This document shows positions 29,761-39,900 of a stretch of DNA of 64,000 bases, in pieces (the first letter of the stretch is position 1; every line of letters starts with the position of its first letter). The DNA is taken from positions 96,001-160,000 of the forward strand of contig JANRKS010000019.1 of NCBI GenBank assembly GCA_033763315.1, read 5' to 3'. The position numbers were made by a program, and so were the translations under genes. This DNA is from Deltaproteobacteria bacterium. Lineage in GTDB: Bacteria > Myxococcota_A > Polyangia > Fen-1088. The notes beneath the pieces are model-generated. The model saw only the letters and a program-made list of their open reading frames with translations, was not told where the DNA came from and did no database searches.

Positions 29761-30479
29761 AGCTCTCGGCTTGGCGGCGCCAGACCCAAGGCGGCTTCAC
29801 TCTGTTGGAGGTCATGGTGGCGTTGGCGATCTTGGCCGGCGCCCTGGTTGTGTTGATCCGGATCGTGACGGGCAACATTCAGAACACCAACCGCGCCAAG
29901 ATGATCACCGTGGCCACCTTCTTGGCCCGCGCCAAGATCGTTGAAATCGAAGATCGTGTGTTGATCGAAGGCTTCATCGATTTTGACGATGAACGCAAAG
30001 GCGATTTCTCGGCCGAGGGTTATCCCCAAATCACGTGGGAATCGAACGTTGAGCGTGTTCGTTTGCCACTGGATCTGGCGCAAAAGGCGCAGCAGGCCTC
30101 GTCCGACGTCACGCAGAACGCCACCAACGTAGGCAGTCAGAACCCGCTGCAGTTCATGGCGGGATTCATGGGTGGCTTCATGAGCACGCTTATGGATCCA
30201 ATCCGCATCGGGCTTGAAGAGTCGGTGCGCCGCCTGAGTGTCAAAGTTTACTGGAACGAGTATGGTCGCAAACAGCAAACCTTCGAGGTGGTCACCTTCC
30301 TCACGGACCCAGCCAAGCTGGACTTGGCGTTGACCGGTGGGGCTCCGATTCCGAATCCGAACGCACCTGGTGGCGCAGGCCAACCGGGCGGCACAGGGCA
30401 GCCTGGGGCCAACGGGCAGCCCGCGTCCAACTTTCCAGCGCCAGCGATTCCCGGCATGAGCTTGGGGGGGAGCAAATGA
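29757..30479 (+). CDS. gspI: Minor pseudopilin I
   Basis: G-FTLLEVMVALAIL; ATGA overlap with gspH. Confidence 0.82.
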   Translation: MKLSAWRRQTQGGFTLLEVMVALAILAGALVVLIRIVTGNIQNTNRAKMITVATFLARAKIVEIEDRVLIEGFIDFDDERKGDFSAEGYPQITWESNVERVRLPLDLAQKAQQASSDVTQNATNVGSQNPLQFMAGFMGGFMSTLMDPIRIGLEESVRRLSVKVYWNEYGRKQQTFEVVTFLTDPAKLDLALTGGAPIPNPNAPGGAGQPGGTGQPGANGQPASNFPAPAIPGMSLGGSK

Positions 30480-31165
30480 AGCGCGCTCTTAACAGGCAAG
30501 CAGGCTTTACGCTTTTGGAAGTGATGCTGGCCATCGGCATCTTGTCATTCATTTCGTTGACGGTGTGGGGAACGTTCAGCCAAACGTATGCCACCAAGAA
30601 GCGCTTGGATCTGGCGCAAGAGCGGATTCACGTGGCGCGCGTGGCACTTATGCGCATCACGCGTGAGCTTGAGATGGCTTATCTATCGAACCACGAGAAC
30701 ACGTTGATCCAAGACAAGCGCACCATGTTTGTCTCCACGCCCGGCGGCGATGTGGATGAACTAAAATTCTCTTGGTTCGGCAAGCAGCGCCTGCGAGCTG
30801 ACTCGGCCGAAGGCGACACGGGGCTTGTGATCTATTATGCCGAGCGCGATCCCGATAACAGCCAAGTGACGAACTTGATGCGGCGGGAAACCCGGCGCCT
30901 GCAGCCACAGGATCCGATGACGGTGCGCGCTGACACGTACGTGCTCTGCCCCGACATTACGCGCTTGAAATTCAGCTTCTTTGACGCCCGTATGCGCGAG
31001 TGGCGCGACGCTTGGAGCACAATCGGGGGCGAACAGCTGGATTACCTGCCCACGCACGTGCGCGTGGCCTTAACGATCCGCGACGAACGCGGCCGCGACG
31101 TGACCTACATCAGTGGCGCGCGCATTCAAATGACCGAGAAGGTCCAACACATTCCCCTCATCTGA
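30476..31165 (+). CDS. gspJ: Minor pseudopilin J
   Basis: G-FTLLEVMLAI; W..W...LP..VRV.L C-terminus. Confidence 0.85.
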   Translation: MKRALNRQAGFTLLEVMLAIGILSFISLTVWGTFSQTYATKKRLDLAQERIHVARVALMRITRELEMAYLSNHENTLIQDKRTMFVSTPGGDVDELKFSWFGKQRLRADSAEGDTGLVIYYAERDPDNSQVTNLMRRETRRLQPQDPMTVRADTYVLCPDITRLKFSFFDARMREWRDAWSTIGGEQLDYLPTHVRVALTIRDERGRDVTYISGARIQMTEKVQHIPLI

Positions 31166-31171
31166 TCCACG

Positions 31172-32518
31172 ATGAATCTTTGGCAAACCCTCCGCGAACG
31201 TCACCGCAACCGTCACAAACGTGATCGGCAAAGTGGCGTTGCGTTGTTGATGACGATCACGTCGCTTACGCTGCTCATCGCGATTATCTCGCAATTCACC
31301 TATGACAGCACGATCTCGTTGGCCCAGGCGGCCAACGGGCGCGACGAGGTGAGGGCTCACTACATGGCGCGCTCGGCGGTGAATCTGTCGCGCATGCTGA
31401 TCAAGATCCAAACCAAGTTTATCGATCCCATCATGGCCAACGCCCAAAAGATGTTGGGCAATAGCTTGGGGCCCGGCATGGGCCTGAGCCTGCGGATCAC
31501 TGATTACGCGGGCGCCATCATGGGCTTCTTCGGGGGCACCAAGGAAGAGGCCGCCGGGCTGGGCAGTTTGATCGGCATCGATATCTCACAAGCGAAGGGT
31601 TTAGGGATGTCGCAAGGCACCCTCGACGCCGACATTTCAACCGAAGACGGCAAGATCAATTTAAATTGCGGCAGCGGCGTGTCGTGGAACGCGCAAAGCC
31701 AGGCCATCCTCTATCAGCAGTTGTTGGGCCTGATGTACTCGCCTCGCTACAACCCGTTGTTCGAGTTTCCGAATGCCAAGGGCCAGATCGTGGAGCGCAC
31801 CGAGGTAGCCACGGCGCTCATTGATTGGGCAGATGGCGACGAGCAGCGCTTTAGCCCCATGGGGTCAGCGGGCGGTGAAGACTATCGATACAATGCCTCC
31901 AAAGATCCCTACCGCGCGCACGACAACAGTTACGACACGGTTGAAGAAGCCGCGCAGGTTTACGGCATGGGCGCCGACCTCATCGAAGCGTTTATGCCTT
32001 ACCTCACGGTGTACGCCAACGGCGACAGGCAACGTCAATGCAAGGTCAATCTCAAATCTGTGAAGGGCGACTGCACGCCCTTGCTGGTCGGCCTGATCCG
32101 GGCGTCTTTGTTAGGCGATCCCACCAAACCGCCGACTGACCCCACGGTGCTTGATGATCGTCTGATTTATCCGTTGGCCAGCATCTTGTGCGAGCGTGGG
32201 AGCGTGATGGGCTTCGATAGCTTGGATACGATCATATCGGTGTTAAGCAACCCTGCGGCGTCGATCTCCCGCGAGGATCCGCGTTACCAGATGATGCAAG
32301 GCATGCGTGGCATCACCATCACGAAGCAAGATCTCGATAAGGTGGCGTATGTGGGCAACCCGCGCGTTTATCGCATCGTCGCCACGGGTGAGGTGGGCAA
32401 AGTGAAGAAGAAGATCACGGCGATCTTGGACACACAGCGGGATCTGTTCAATCCAGTGAGCCAGAACGTGATGGCCGAGAAAGCCGCAGGCGTTTACCAA
32501 TTTTGGCGAGAAGAGTAG
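31172..32518 (+). CDS. gspK: Minor pseudopilin K
   Basis: G-VALLM, EDGKINLN, ALIDWAD.D, PYLTVY. Confidence 0.88.
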   Translation: MNLWQTLRERHRNRHKRDRQSGVALLMTITSLTLLIAIISQFTYDSTISLAQAANGRDEVRAHYMARSAVNLSRMLIKIQTKFIDPIMANAQKMLGNSLGPGMGLSLRITDYAGAIMGFFGGTKEEAAGLGSLIGIDISQAKGLGMSQGTLDADISTEDGKINLNCGSGVSWNAQSQAILYQQLLGLMYSPRYNPLFEFPNAKGQIVERTEVATALIDWADGDEQRFSPMGSAGGEDYRYNASKDPYRAHDNSYDTVEEAAQVYGMGADLIEAFMPYLTVYANGDRQRQCKVNLKSVKGDCTPLLVGLIRASLLGDPTKPPTDPTVLDDRLIYPLASILCERGSVMGFDSLDTIISVLSNPAASISREDPRYQMMQGMRGITITKQDLDKVAYVGNPRVYRIVATGEVGKVKKKITAILDTQRDLFNPVSQNVMAEKAAGVYQFWREE

Positions 32519-32530
32519 TTCGGAGCAAGC

Positions 32531-34174
32531 ATGGCGCATGTAATCACAGGCATTGATGTTGGCACCTACGCGGTGAAGTTCGTTTGCATTGAAACGGGCT
32601 TTCGTAAAGCGAAGGTGCAAACGGCGTTTGAACAACTCGTGGCCGCGGGCCCTGAACCTTTGGAGGAACGCCAAAGCAAGGCCGTGCGGGCGGGGTTGGA
32701 TCAGATCGCACACGAGATGACGTGCTACGCGGCGTTGCCCGGCGATCGATTGGCGGTGCGGCGGTTGCTGTTTCCCATCGCCGACGCGCGCAAAGTGGAA
32801 GCCGCAATCCCATTCGAGCTTGAAGGCGAGATCGTGTCGCCTCTTGAAGAGGTGGTGTTCGACTACGAATTCCTGCCGCGGCTTCTTGCCGTGGGCGAAA
32901 AGGAACGCGGCAGCCGCATCCTGGCTGTGGCAGCGGCTCGCCAGGACGTGGCCAATACGCTCGAATTCTGGAAGGGCACGGGCGTGCAACCGCGCAGCTT
33001 GTACGCAAGCTCGCTCATTTATCGTTTCATTGAACCCGTGACGCCCGTCGCCGCCATGGCGGCCGCGGTGGGTACGGACGACACCAGTGTGACGCCCGTT
33101 GAGCCCGTTGCCGCGTTGCCCACGCTACATCTGCTCGTAGATCTGGGCGCCACGCGCACCAATTTGGTGGTGCTTGAGGCGGGGCGGCCCGTTTATGCGC
33201 GCACCGTGTTGCGCGGTGGCAATGAACTGACGGCCGCCTTGGCCAAGGCCTTCAATGCCACACCCGAGCAGGCCGAGGAGGCCAAACGCACACGCGGGGC
33301 GGTGGCGCACGCAGGGTTTGTGCCGCGTGATGCGATCGAAGCGCGGATGGCTGAGGTCTTGCGCGGGGCTGTGGCTCCGCTGGTGCGCGACGTGCGCCAA
33401 ACCATCACCAGTTTCCGCAGCGCCTTTTCGCGCGATGTGGAGCTGATGACTGTGGTCGGCGGGGGCGCCGCGCAGAAGGGCCTGGTGGAAGCGCTGAGCG
33501 AAGAGCTAGGCTTGCAACGGGCCTCGCTTGAAATCGATCGCGGCAGTCTGCAAGTGGACGCGAACGAAGCGCCGCTTGACGGCCGCTTCGCTTTGGCGGA
33601 AGCCTTGGCATGGGCTGGGGCGCGCGGCAGCCGTCACATCGATCTGCGCAAAGGCCCGTTTGCCTATAAGGCCAGCTTCTCCGTGCTGCGCCAAAAGGGT
33701 CTGCACTTGGCGGCTTTGGCGGCAGCCATTTTGTTGTCGGTGATCATCGACGGCAGCATGGCCTACTCGAAGCTGCACAAGGAAAGCACAAAATTGGAAG
33801 CTGAATTGGAGCGGGCCACCACGGAGTTGTTCGGGCGTGCGGACACCGACGCCGATAGCGTCGCGCGCTTGCTCAAGCGAGGCTTTCGCGAAGAGATGCC
33901 GCCCATCCCGCCGCTTACGGCCTACGACATCATGAACGAAGTGTCGCGCCGGGCGCCATCGAAGGAAAAAATTAAGCTCGACATTTTGCAGTTGGACATT
34001 CGTCCCAAGAAGATCTTCATCAAGGGCACGATCGATTCAGTGGCCGCGGTAGACGAAATCGTCACGGCTTTCAAAGAGATCGATTGCTTCGAGGAGATTC
34101 AAAAGGGAGCCATCACTGAGGTCTCTGGTGGCACAAAGCAATTTAGCCTCAACATCAAATCGACTTGCCCCTAG
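32531..34174 (+). CDS. gspL: Type II secretion protein L (PilM/actin-like cytoplasmic domain, TM, periplasmic domain)
   Basis: GIDVGTYAVK, IPFELE, VDLGATRTNL, GGGA; single TM near the C-terminal third. Confidence 0.82.
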   Translation: MAHVITGIDVGTYAVKFVCIETGFRKAKVQTAFEQLVAAGPEPLEERQSKAVRAGLDQIAHEMTCYAALPGDRLAVRRLLFPIADARKVEAAIPFELEGEIVSPLEEVVFDYEFLPRLLAVGEKERGSRILAVAAARQDVANTLEFWKGTGVQPRSLYASSLIYRFIEPVTPVAAMAAAVGTDDTSVTPVEPVAALPTLHLLVDLGATRTNLVVLEAGRPVYARTVLRGGNELTAALAKAFNATPEQAEEAKRTRGAVAHAGFVPRDAIEARMAEVLRGAVAPLVRDVRQTITSFRSAFSRDVELMTVVGGGAAQKGLVEALSEELGLQRASLEIDRGSLQVDANEAPLDGRFALAEALAWAGARGSRHIDLRKGPFAYKASFSVLRQKGLHLAALAAAILLSVIIDGSMAYSKLHKESTKLEAELERATTELFGRADTDADSVARLLKRGFREEMPPIPPLTAYDIMNEVSRRAPSKEKIKLDILQLDIRPKKIFIKGTIDSVAAVDEIVTAFKEIDCFEEIQKGAITEVSGGTKQFSLNIKSTCP

Positions 34175-34192
34175 GCGCGAAGGACGTTGGCA

Positions 34193-34816
34193 ATGGCAAA
34201 ACTAAACGGTTTAAAAAACCTTGTTCGTCGGCCGGTGGCTTTGGTCAGCGCCGAGTGGGAACGCATGGCCCCGCGCGAGCGCAGCCTGGTTTCAGCGCTT
34301 GGTGCGGCGGTTGTGGTGATGGTGTTGTTCGTGGGAGGCTTTGTCTTCTTTTCAAGCCTGTCCGATGTGGCGGATCGCAACGAAAGCATTCGGGAAGCGC
34401 TCAAGGCCATCGCGCGCAACCGCAATGAATACCTGCAGGCAAAAGATCAGATGCGCGCCGTGGAGGTCCGCATTGGCACGGTGGCGCCGCAATTAGCCAC
34501 GGATCTCGAAGCGGCCGCGCGAGAGGTGGGCATTCAAATTCCGGAGACCACCGAACGGCCCGCCACGGCGGCGGGGCAACGCTACATGGAGCACCGGGTG
34601 GATGTGACCCTGCGCCAAGTGGACCTGCGGCAGCTGTCGCGTTTCCTATACAAATTGGAGACGGGGCAACATCTGATCTACGTCACGGCGTTAGACGTGC
34701 GACGTCGGTTCGCAGAGAAGGATAAGTTGGACGTGAAGCTGACGGCCACGGCGCTTGAGCGCGTGCAAGCCCAGCCGCCGAAGCGCAAGGGTGCGGGGAA
34801 AAAAGAAGATGTTTGA
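34193..34816 (+). CDS. gspM: Type II secretion protein M
   Basis: W..MAPRER followed by a TM; V.VTLRQVDLRQL..FL. Confidence 0.82.
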   Translation: MAKLNGLKNLVRRPVALVSAEWERMAPRERSLVSALGAAVVVMVLFVGGFVFFSSLSDVADRNESIREALKAIARNRNEYLQAKDQMRAVEVRIGTVAPQLATDLEAAAREVGIQIPETTERPATAAGQRYMEHRVDVTLRQVDLRQLSRFLYKLETGQHLIYVTALDVRRRFAEKDKLDVKLTATALERVQAQPPKRKGAGKKEDV

Positions 34817-35849
34817 CATCAAAAAATTTCGGCTGGGCCGCTTGCTGCTGCGTACGGGCGGCCTGGGCATCACGGTGATGTTTGGCATCATCGTGTACGG
34901 CATCTCGATGTTGTTTGTGTTCCCGTTCGACCGGGTGGGCGAATTCGTGGAAGCCACGATGAGCAACATGGGATACGACGTGGAGGTGGGCGCCACAAAG
35001 CCGCTGTTTGGCATCGGCGTTAAGCTTGAGGACGTGCGCGTCGCCACCCGGCCCACCGATGGCACCAAGCCCTCACGCTTCGTGATCGATAAGGCGCGCA
35101 TTACCACCAGCCCCTTGAAGAATTTGATGGGTGGCCTGGCCTATGACATCAAGGCTGAGGCGTTCGGCGGTGAAGTGGCCGTGGTTGTTGAGGCCGATAA
35201 GGAGGCGGGGTCGGGCAAGGCGTTGATCAAGGACATTTCGTTGGCAGAGCTGCCTGGAATTCGCGAATCGATTGGCCTGCCCATTGCGGGCACCATCCAT
35301 TCCGAAATCGAATTGATGTTGCCTAAGTTGCGCGCGGCTGCGGCTGACGGGCGCTTCGAGATCACCTGCAACGATTGCTCGCTGGGCGACGGCAAAGCAA
35401 AGCTGCGTGTGCCCAGCAACCCGCTGTTGGCGGAGGGCATGACGATGCCGAAGCTGCGCGTGGGCGATCTCGAGGGAACCATCGTGTTCGAGAAGGGAAC
35501 CGGCCTCATCGAGGGTATGCACTCCAAGAGTCCCGACATCGAGTTGGATGTGGAAGGGTCTGTGCGTCTATCAGATCCTGTGGATCTTTCGCAGCTGGAT
35601 CTTTATGTGAAGTTCAAGCTCAGCGAGAAGCTGGTGAAGAGCAACGACAAGTTTCAGCTGCTGTTGCAGTTCGCCGAGATGCAGGGCAAACGCGCCGATG
35701 GGTTCTATGGCTTTCGCCTGCAGGGTTCGCCCCGGCGACTGCGCGATCCACAATGGTCGAAAACGTCGCCGTTTCCCCCCAAGGGCCAGCGGCGAGCACC
35801 AAAGCCCAAAGCCGCGGCGGCAGCGTTGCCTAAGTCAAACGCGGCCTAG
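34809..35849 (+). CDS. gspN: Type II secretion protein N
   Basis: N-terminal TM ending FPFDR, beta-rich periplasmic body, last gene of the cluster. Confidence 0.8.
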   Translation: MFDIKKFRLGRLLLRTGGLGITVMFGIIVYGISMLFVFPFDRVGEFVEATMSNMGYDVEVGATKPLFGIGVKLEDVRVATRPTDGTKPSRFVIDKARITTSPLKNLMGGLAYDIKAEAFGGEVAVVVEADKEAGSGKALIKDISLAELPGIRESIGLPIAGTIHSEIELMLPKLRAAAADGRFEITCNDCSLGDGKAKLRVPSNPLLAEGMTMPKLRVGDLEGTIVFEKGTGLIEGMHSKSPDIELDVEGSVRLSDPVDLSQLDLYVKFKLSEKLVKSNDKFQLLLQFAEMQGKRADGFYGFRLQGSPRRLRDPQWSKTSPFPPKGQRRAPKPKAAAAALPKSNAA

Positions 35850-35855
35850 GTTGCG

Positions 35856-36935
35856 TCAGCTGGTGGCGCCCTCCAACTTGCGAAGGCGTTCATAAAGCGT
35901 GGTGCGTGAGATGCCTAAAGTGGCAGCGGCCTGGCGGCGGTTGCCATTGGCGGCACGCAGGTGGTGACGGATGACGGCCGCTTCCACCTCTTCCCACGAT
36001 TTGCCCTGCAAACATAGCCAGGCCGGATCATCGGGCGCAGGACCTTTGGTGTGCGGCGTGCGCGAATCATTGGGCGCCTCGCCGTTCGGCTCATACGAGC
36101 CGCCATCTTCCGCCACACGCGCCTGCGGGAGGCGCGATGGCGTCTGCGCAGCCACCGCGGCCCATACCTCATCCAAAAGGTGTGTTTCGTCAAGCGGCGC
36201 GCCCCCCAAGGCCATGGCTCGCCAAACCAAATGCCGGAGCTCACGCACGTTGCCCGGCCACGTGTGTTGACCAAGCGCAAGGCACGCATGCTCGGAGAGC
36301 GCCCCCGCGCCAGGGCCGCCCCTACCCAACGACGGTGCAAAAGCATTGGCAAAGTGCTCCACCAGGAGCGGCAGGTCGTCGGGCCGCTGCCGCAGCGGCG
36401 GCATGGCGACCGACATGCCACACAAGCGGTGATACAGGTCCAAACGAAACCGTCCCGCTTGTGCTTCGTGCAGCAGGTTCCGGTTGGTGACCGCCACGAT
36501 GCGCGCGTTCACGGCCACGCTTCGCCGGCTGCCCAGCGGCGTGACGAATGGCTCTTCCAACACGCGCAACAGTTTCGGCTGCAGATCGATTGGTAGCTCT
36601 CCGATCTCGTCCAACACCAACGTGCCCCCGTTGGCCGCCACGAAGCATCCGACGTGGGCGTCGCGCGCGCCGGTGAAAGCGCCACGCTCATGCCCAAACA
36701 AGGCGCTATCGATCAACTCACGCGGAAAGCCCGCGCAATTGATCACAACGTAAGGGCCTTGTCTGTGCTGGCTGTGCTGGTGAATGAACCGCGCCAGCAG
36801 CTCTTTGCCGGTGCCGCTTTCGCCGGTGACCAGAACCGGCAGTGGGCTGCGCGCCGCGCGTTCGGCGCGGCCCAGCACAGCCGCCAGGGCAGGGGAGCGC
36901 CCCACCAATTCTGCTCCGTAATCTCTATCGCCCAT
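35856..36935 (-). CDS. Sigma54 enhancer-binding protein without an N-terminal regulatory domain (AAA+ and Fis HTH only)
   Basis: LVGRS after only 9 residues; [51 protein letters not shown]; in-frame TAG three codons upstream of the ATG. Confidence 0.88.
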   Translation of the reverse strand: MGDRDYGAELVGRSPALAAVLGRAERAARSPLPVLVTGESGTGKELLARFIHQHSQHRQGPYVVINCAGFPRELIDSALFGHERGAFTGARDAHVGCFVAANGGTLVLDEIGELPIDLQPKLLRVLEEPFVTPLGSRRSVAVNARIVAVTNRNLLHEAQAGRFRLDLYHRLCGMSVAMPPLRQRPDDLPLLVEHFANAFAPSLGRGGPGAGALSEHACLALGQHTWPGNVRELRHLVWRAMALGGAPLDETHLLDEVWAAVAAQTPSRLPQARVAEDGGSYEPNGEAPNDSRTPHTKGPAPDDPAWLCLQGKSWEEVEAAVIRHHLRAANGNRRQAAATLGISRTTLYERLRKLEGATS

Positions 36936-36960
36936 ACCCGGCTATCGGCCGGGTGTGGGC
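36930..36960 (-). promoter_or_regulatory. Hairpin enclosing the start codon of the sigma54 activator
   Basis: mRNA GCCCACACCCGGC-CGAUA-GCCGGGUAUGGGC, 12 of 13 pairs, AUG in the 3' arm. Confidence 0.55.
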
Positions 36961-36988
36961 AAAGTTGCGTGAAATCAGCGACGCCCGA

Positions 36989-39900
36989 TCATTTACATTG
37001 GCCGTTGGTGCACGTCGTACCGGAGCCACACACGTTGCCGCAGGCGCCGCAGTTGCTGGCGTTGTTAGCAAAGTTGACGCAAGCGCCGTTGCACTCGGAG
37101 GTGCCTGGCGCACACACGGAGCAGCAGCGGAATCCCGTGGACGGATGCTTGTAGTCAAGCGGCACGCCCACCGCGGTGAAGTTGCAGCGCAACGACGAGA
37201 TGCCGTTGTAATAGTCGCTGGTAAAGTCGCCGCCACGGATTGTGTAGATGTTGCGGCCGCTGAGCGTGCCAGGGCAATCCTCGGTCCACTCCGATACGTT
37301 GCCACTCATATCGAACACGGCCTGTTCGCCGTTTTCGCTGCCCAGGTCCGCTGTCTTGCAGGCGGTTTTGGCGCCTGAAGCCGAGGCGGCCGCGTTGGCT
37401 TGGTTGCTCCAGGATTCAAGCCCATTGCACGTGGCGCTTTGGTATGTGGTGCCATACGGATATGTTTCGGCGCCCGCGCGTGTGTATTCACACGCAAATC
37501 CCCACTCATCCACCGTGATGTTTCCGCCGCACGCGGATGCCGTTCGGTTGCTGCGGCAAAGCCGCATGCCCGCCGCGGCGCACGCCGTTTGCGCTTCCGT
37601 GTATGTGACCGAGGTCCAGGGAAGCGCCGACGCCTTCGAGCAGGCCCGGCTGCCCAGCACGCCCACGTCGGCTGTTTTGGCGTCTTGTCGGCTCGCTTCG
37701 TATTGGTAGATGTAGTAGTTCTTCCCGCCCACATTCACGTTGACCACAGCGTCGCGCACGCCTTGGCAATCGGACGATCCGCACTTGGTGAGGCCGCTGG
37801 GGTTGTCCCACGCTTCGTCCGTGATGCCGTCACAGTCGTTGTCTGCGCCGTCGCACACTTCGTTGCTGGCGCTGGGCGCGGGGCCGCTGTATTGGCACGA
37901 GGCCGCCGCGGTCTTATCAGCGGGATCGCAGCCGATTGTGCCTGTGCGTTGGCACGCACCCACGCCGCTATCGCTGCAGCTCGTCCCCTTGGTGGCCACG
38001 AATTCATCTGTGGCACCGTCGCAATCGTTGTCTTTGCCGTCGCACCATGACTCTTGCCCAATGATTTCGTTGGGGGCCGTTTGCTGGACGTTGGCGTTGT
38101 AGCTGCAGATCCAGTCGGGAACCTCGCCCACGCTGGCGCTCAGGCATTGAGGCTTGGCGCCACCTGCCACGTTGCCGCACTCGCCAAGCTGTAAGCAGAA
38201 GTTCGCTGGGCGCAAAATGTCCGGATCGGCCTCATCCGTCAGCTTGTCACAGTCATTGTCTTTGCCGTCACAAACTTCGGGCCCCGTGGGAGTGCAATTG
38301 TATTCACAGCCATTGGCCGCGTTGCCGTCTTGGTTCACCCAGCCCGTTTTGCAGGGGCCAAGCGTGCACTGGCTGGTCTGGCACAGCGCCACCGCATTGG
38401 AGAATGAACAGCTGGTGCCGCAACTGCCGCAGAACCGAGGATCAGACGTCTTATCGAAGCCGTCGTCTGTGGTGCCGTCGCAGTTGTTGTCCACGTTGTC
38501 GCACGTCTCGGGCCGCGGCGTTTGGTAGTTCTGGCAGGCCAACTGGCCGCCCAAGCACTTGTACTTGCCCAGCACGCAGATGCCCTTGCAGGTGCCCGCC
38601 GCGGGATCACAACCCACCGTGGCGTCGGGATAACAATTTTTGCCGTCCTGCGGATCGCTTTCATCAATGAGGCCGTCGCAGTCGTTGTCCTTGCCGTCGC
38701 AGATCTCGGTGCCCCCGTTGCTTGGCGTGCATTGGTATTCGCAACCGTCGGCGGTGTTGTTGTTGGCATTGGTGTAACCGGCGCTGCATGTGCCCATCGC
38801 ACACTGGCCGTTGCTGCACATGGCACCGGCGTTGGCAAACTGGCATTGGCGCCCACACTGGCCACAGTTGTTGGCATCGGTGGCCACCGTGAAGCCCTCA
38901 TCCGTCATGCCGTCGCAGTCATTGTCCACGCCATCGCAGGTTTCTGCACCTGAGTTCACGCAGAAGTATTCGCAGCCCGTGGTGGCATTGCCGTCGATGT
39001 CATAGAAATTGGCGTTGCATCCGCCCAAGCTGCACTGGCTGTTGCTGCACACGCCCACGGCGTTTGCGTATGAGCAGATGGTGCCGCAACCACCACAGTT
39101 GCGCGGATCGGTGGCCTTGTTGATGCCCTCGTCGGTCATGCCATCGCAGTCGTCATCGGCGCCGTTGCACACGTCTTGGCCGCGGAAGGTGCATTGGTAT
39201 TCGCAGCCATCGCCTTGCGTGGTGTTAAGATCCACGAAGCCGGGTGAGCAAACTTCAAGTTGGCACATGCCCGTCACGCACTTGGGTACGGCGTTTTGAA
39301 ACGAACACGGTTCGCAGTTGCCGCAATAGCGGATGTCGCTGAGTTTGTTGAAGCCTTCATCAACGCTGCCGTCGCAATTGTTGTCGCGTCCGTCGCACAC
39401 TTCGATGCCCGGCTCTTTGGCACCCAGGCACACCAGCCGCCCTGAGGTGCACGTCAGGACGCCGCGCGTGCACACGCCCACGTTCACCACATCGGGCCCA
39501 CAGGCACCGCCTTGGTCTACAGGGCTGTTGTCGATCCCGCCGTCGCAGTCGTTGTCTTGGCCGTCACAAATCTCTGTGCCGCTGTTCGATACGGTGCACT
39601 CATACTCGCACCCGTCTTCAGCCTTCTTGTTCAGGTCGATTCGTCCCGCATTGCACGCGCCCATCTGGCAGGCGCCATCGCTGCAGGTGGCGGCCGCGTT
39701 CGGATAGTCACAGCTTTTGCCGCAGACGCCGCAGTTGTTGAGATCCGTCTTGAACGCGAAGTCCTCGTCCACCAGGCCATCACAGTCGTTGTCGGCACCG
39801 TCGCACAGTTCAACGCCGCCGTTGCTGCGCAAACACTCGCAGCCGTTCTCAAGCTTCTTGTCCACGTCGAACCAGCCAGGCAAACAATCGGCCACGCCGC

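Noticed and set aside
21741-35849. Absence of gspO/gspS and the PilM-like GspL as novelty
   Set aside because: The prepilin peptidase is commonly encoded elsewhere and shared with type IV pili; this layout is typical of myxobacterial gsp clusters
36989-37330. FGE/C-type-lectin-fold C-terminus (also 16522-17358) as the target of a diversity-generating retroelement
   Set aside because: No reverse transcriptase gene in the window, and no near-identical template repeat differing at adenines was found by eye; a distant DGR cannot be excluded without a genome-wide search
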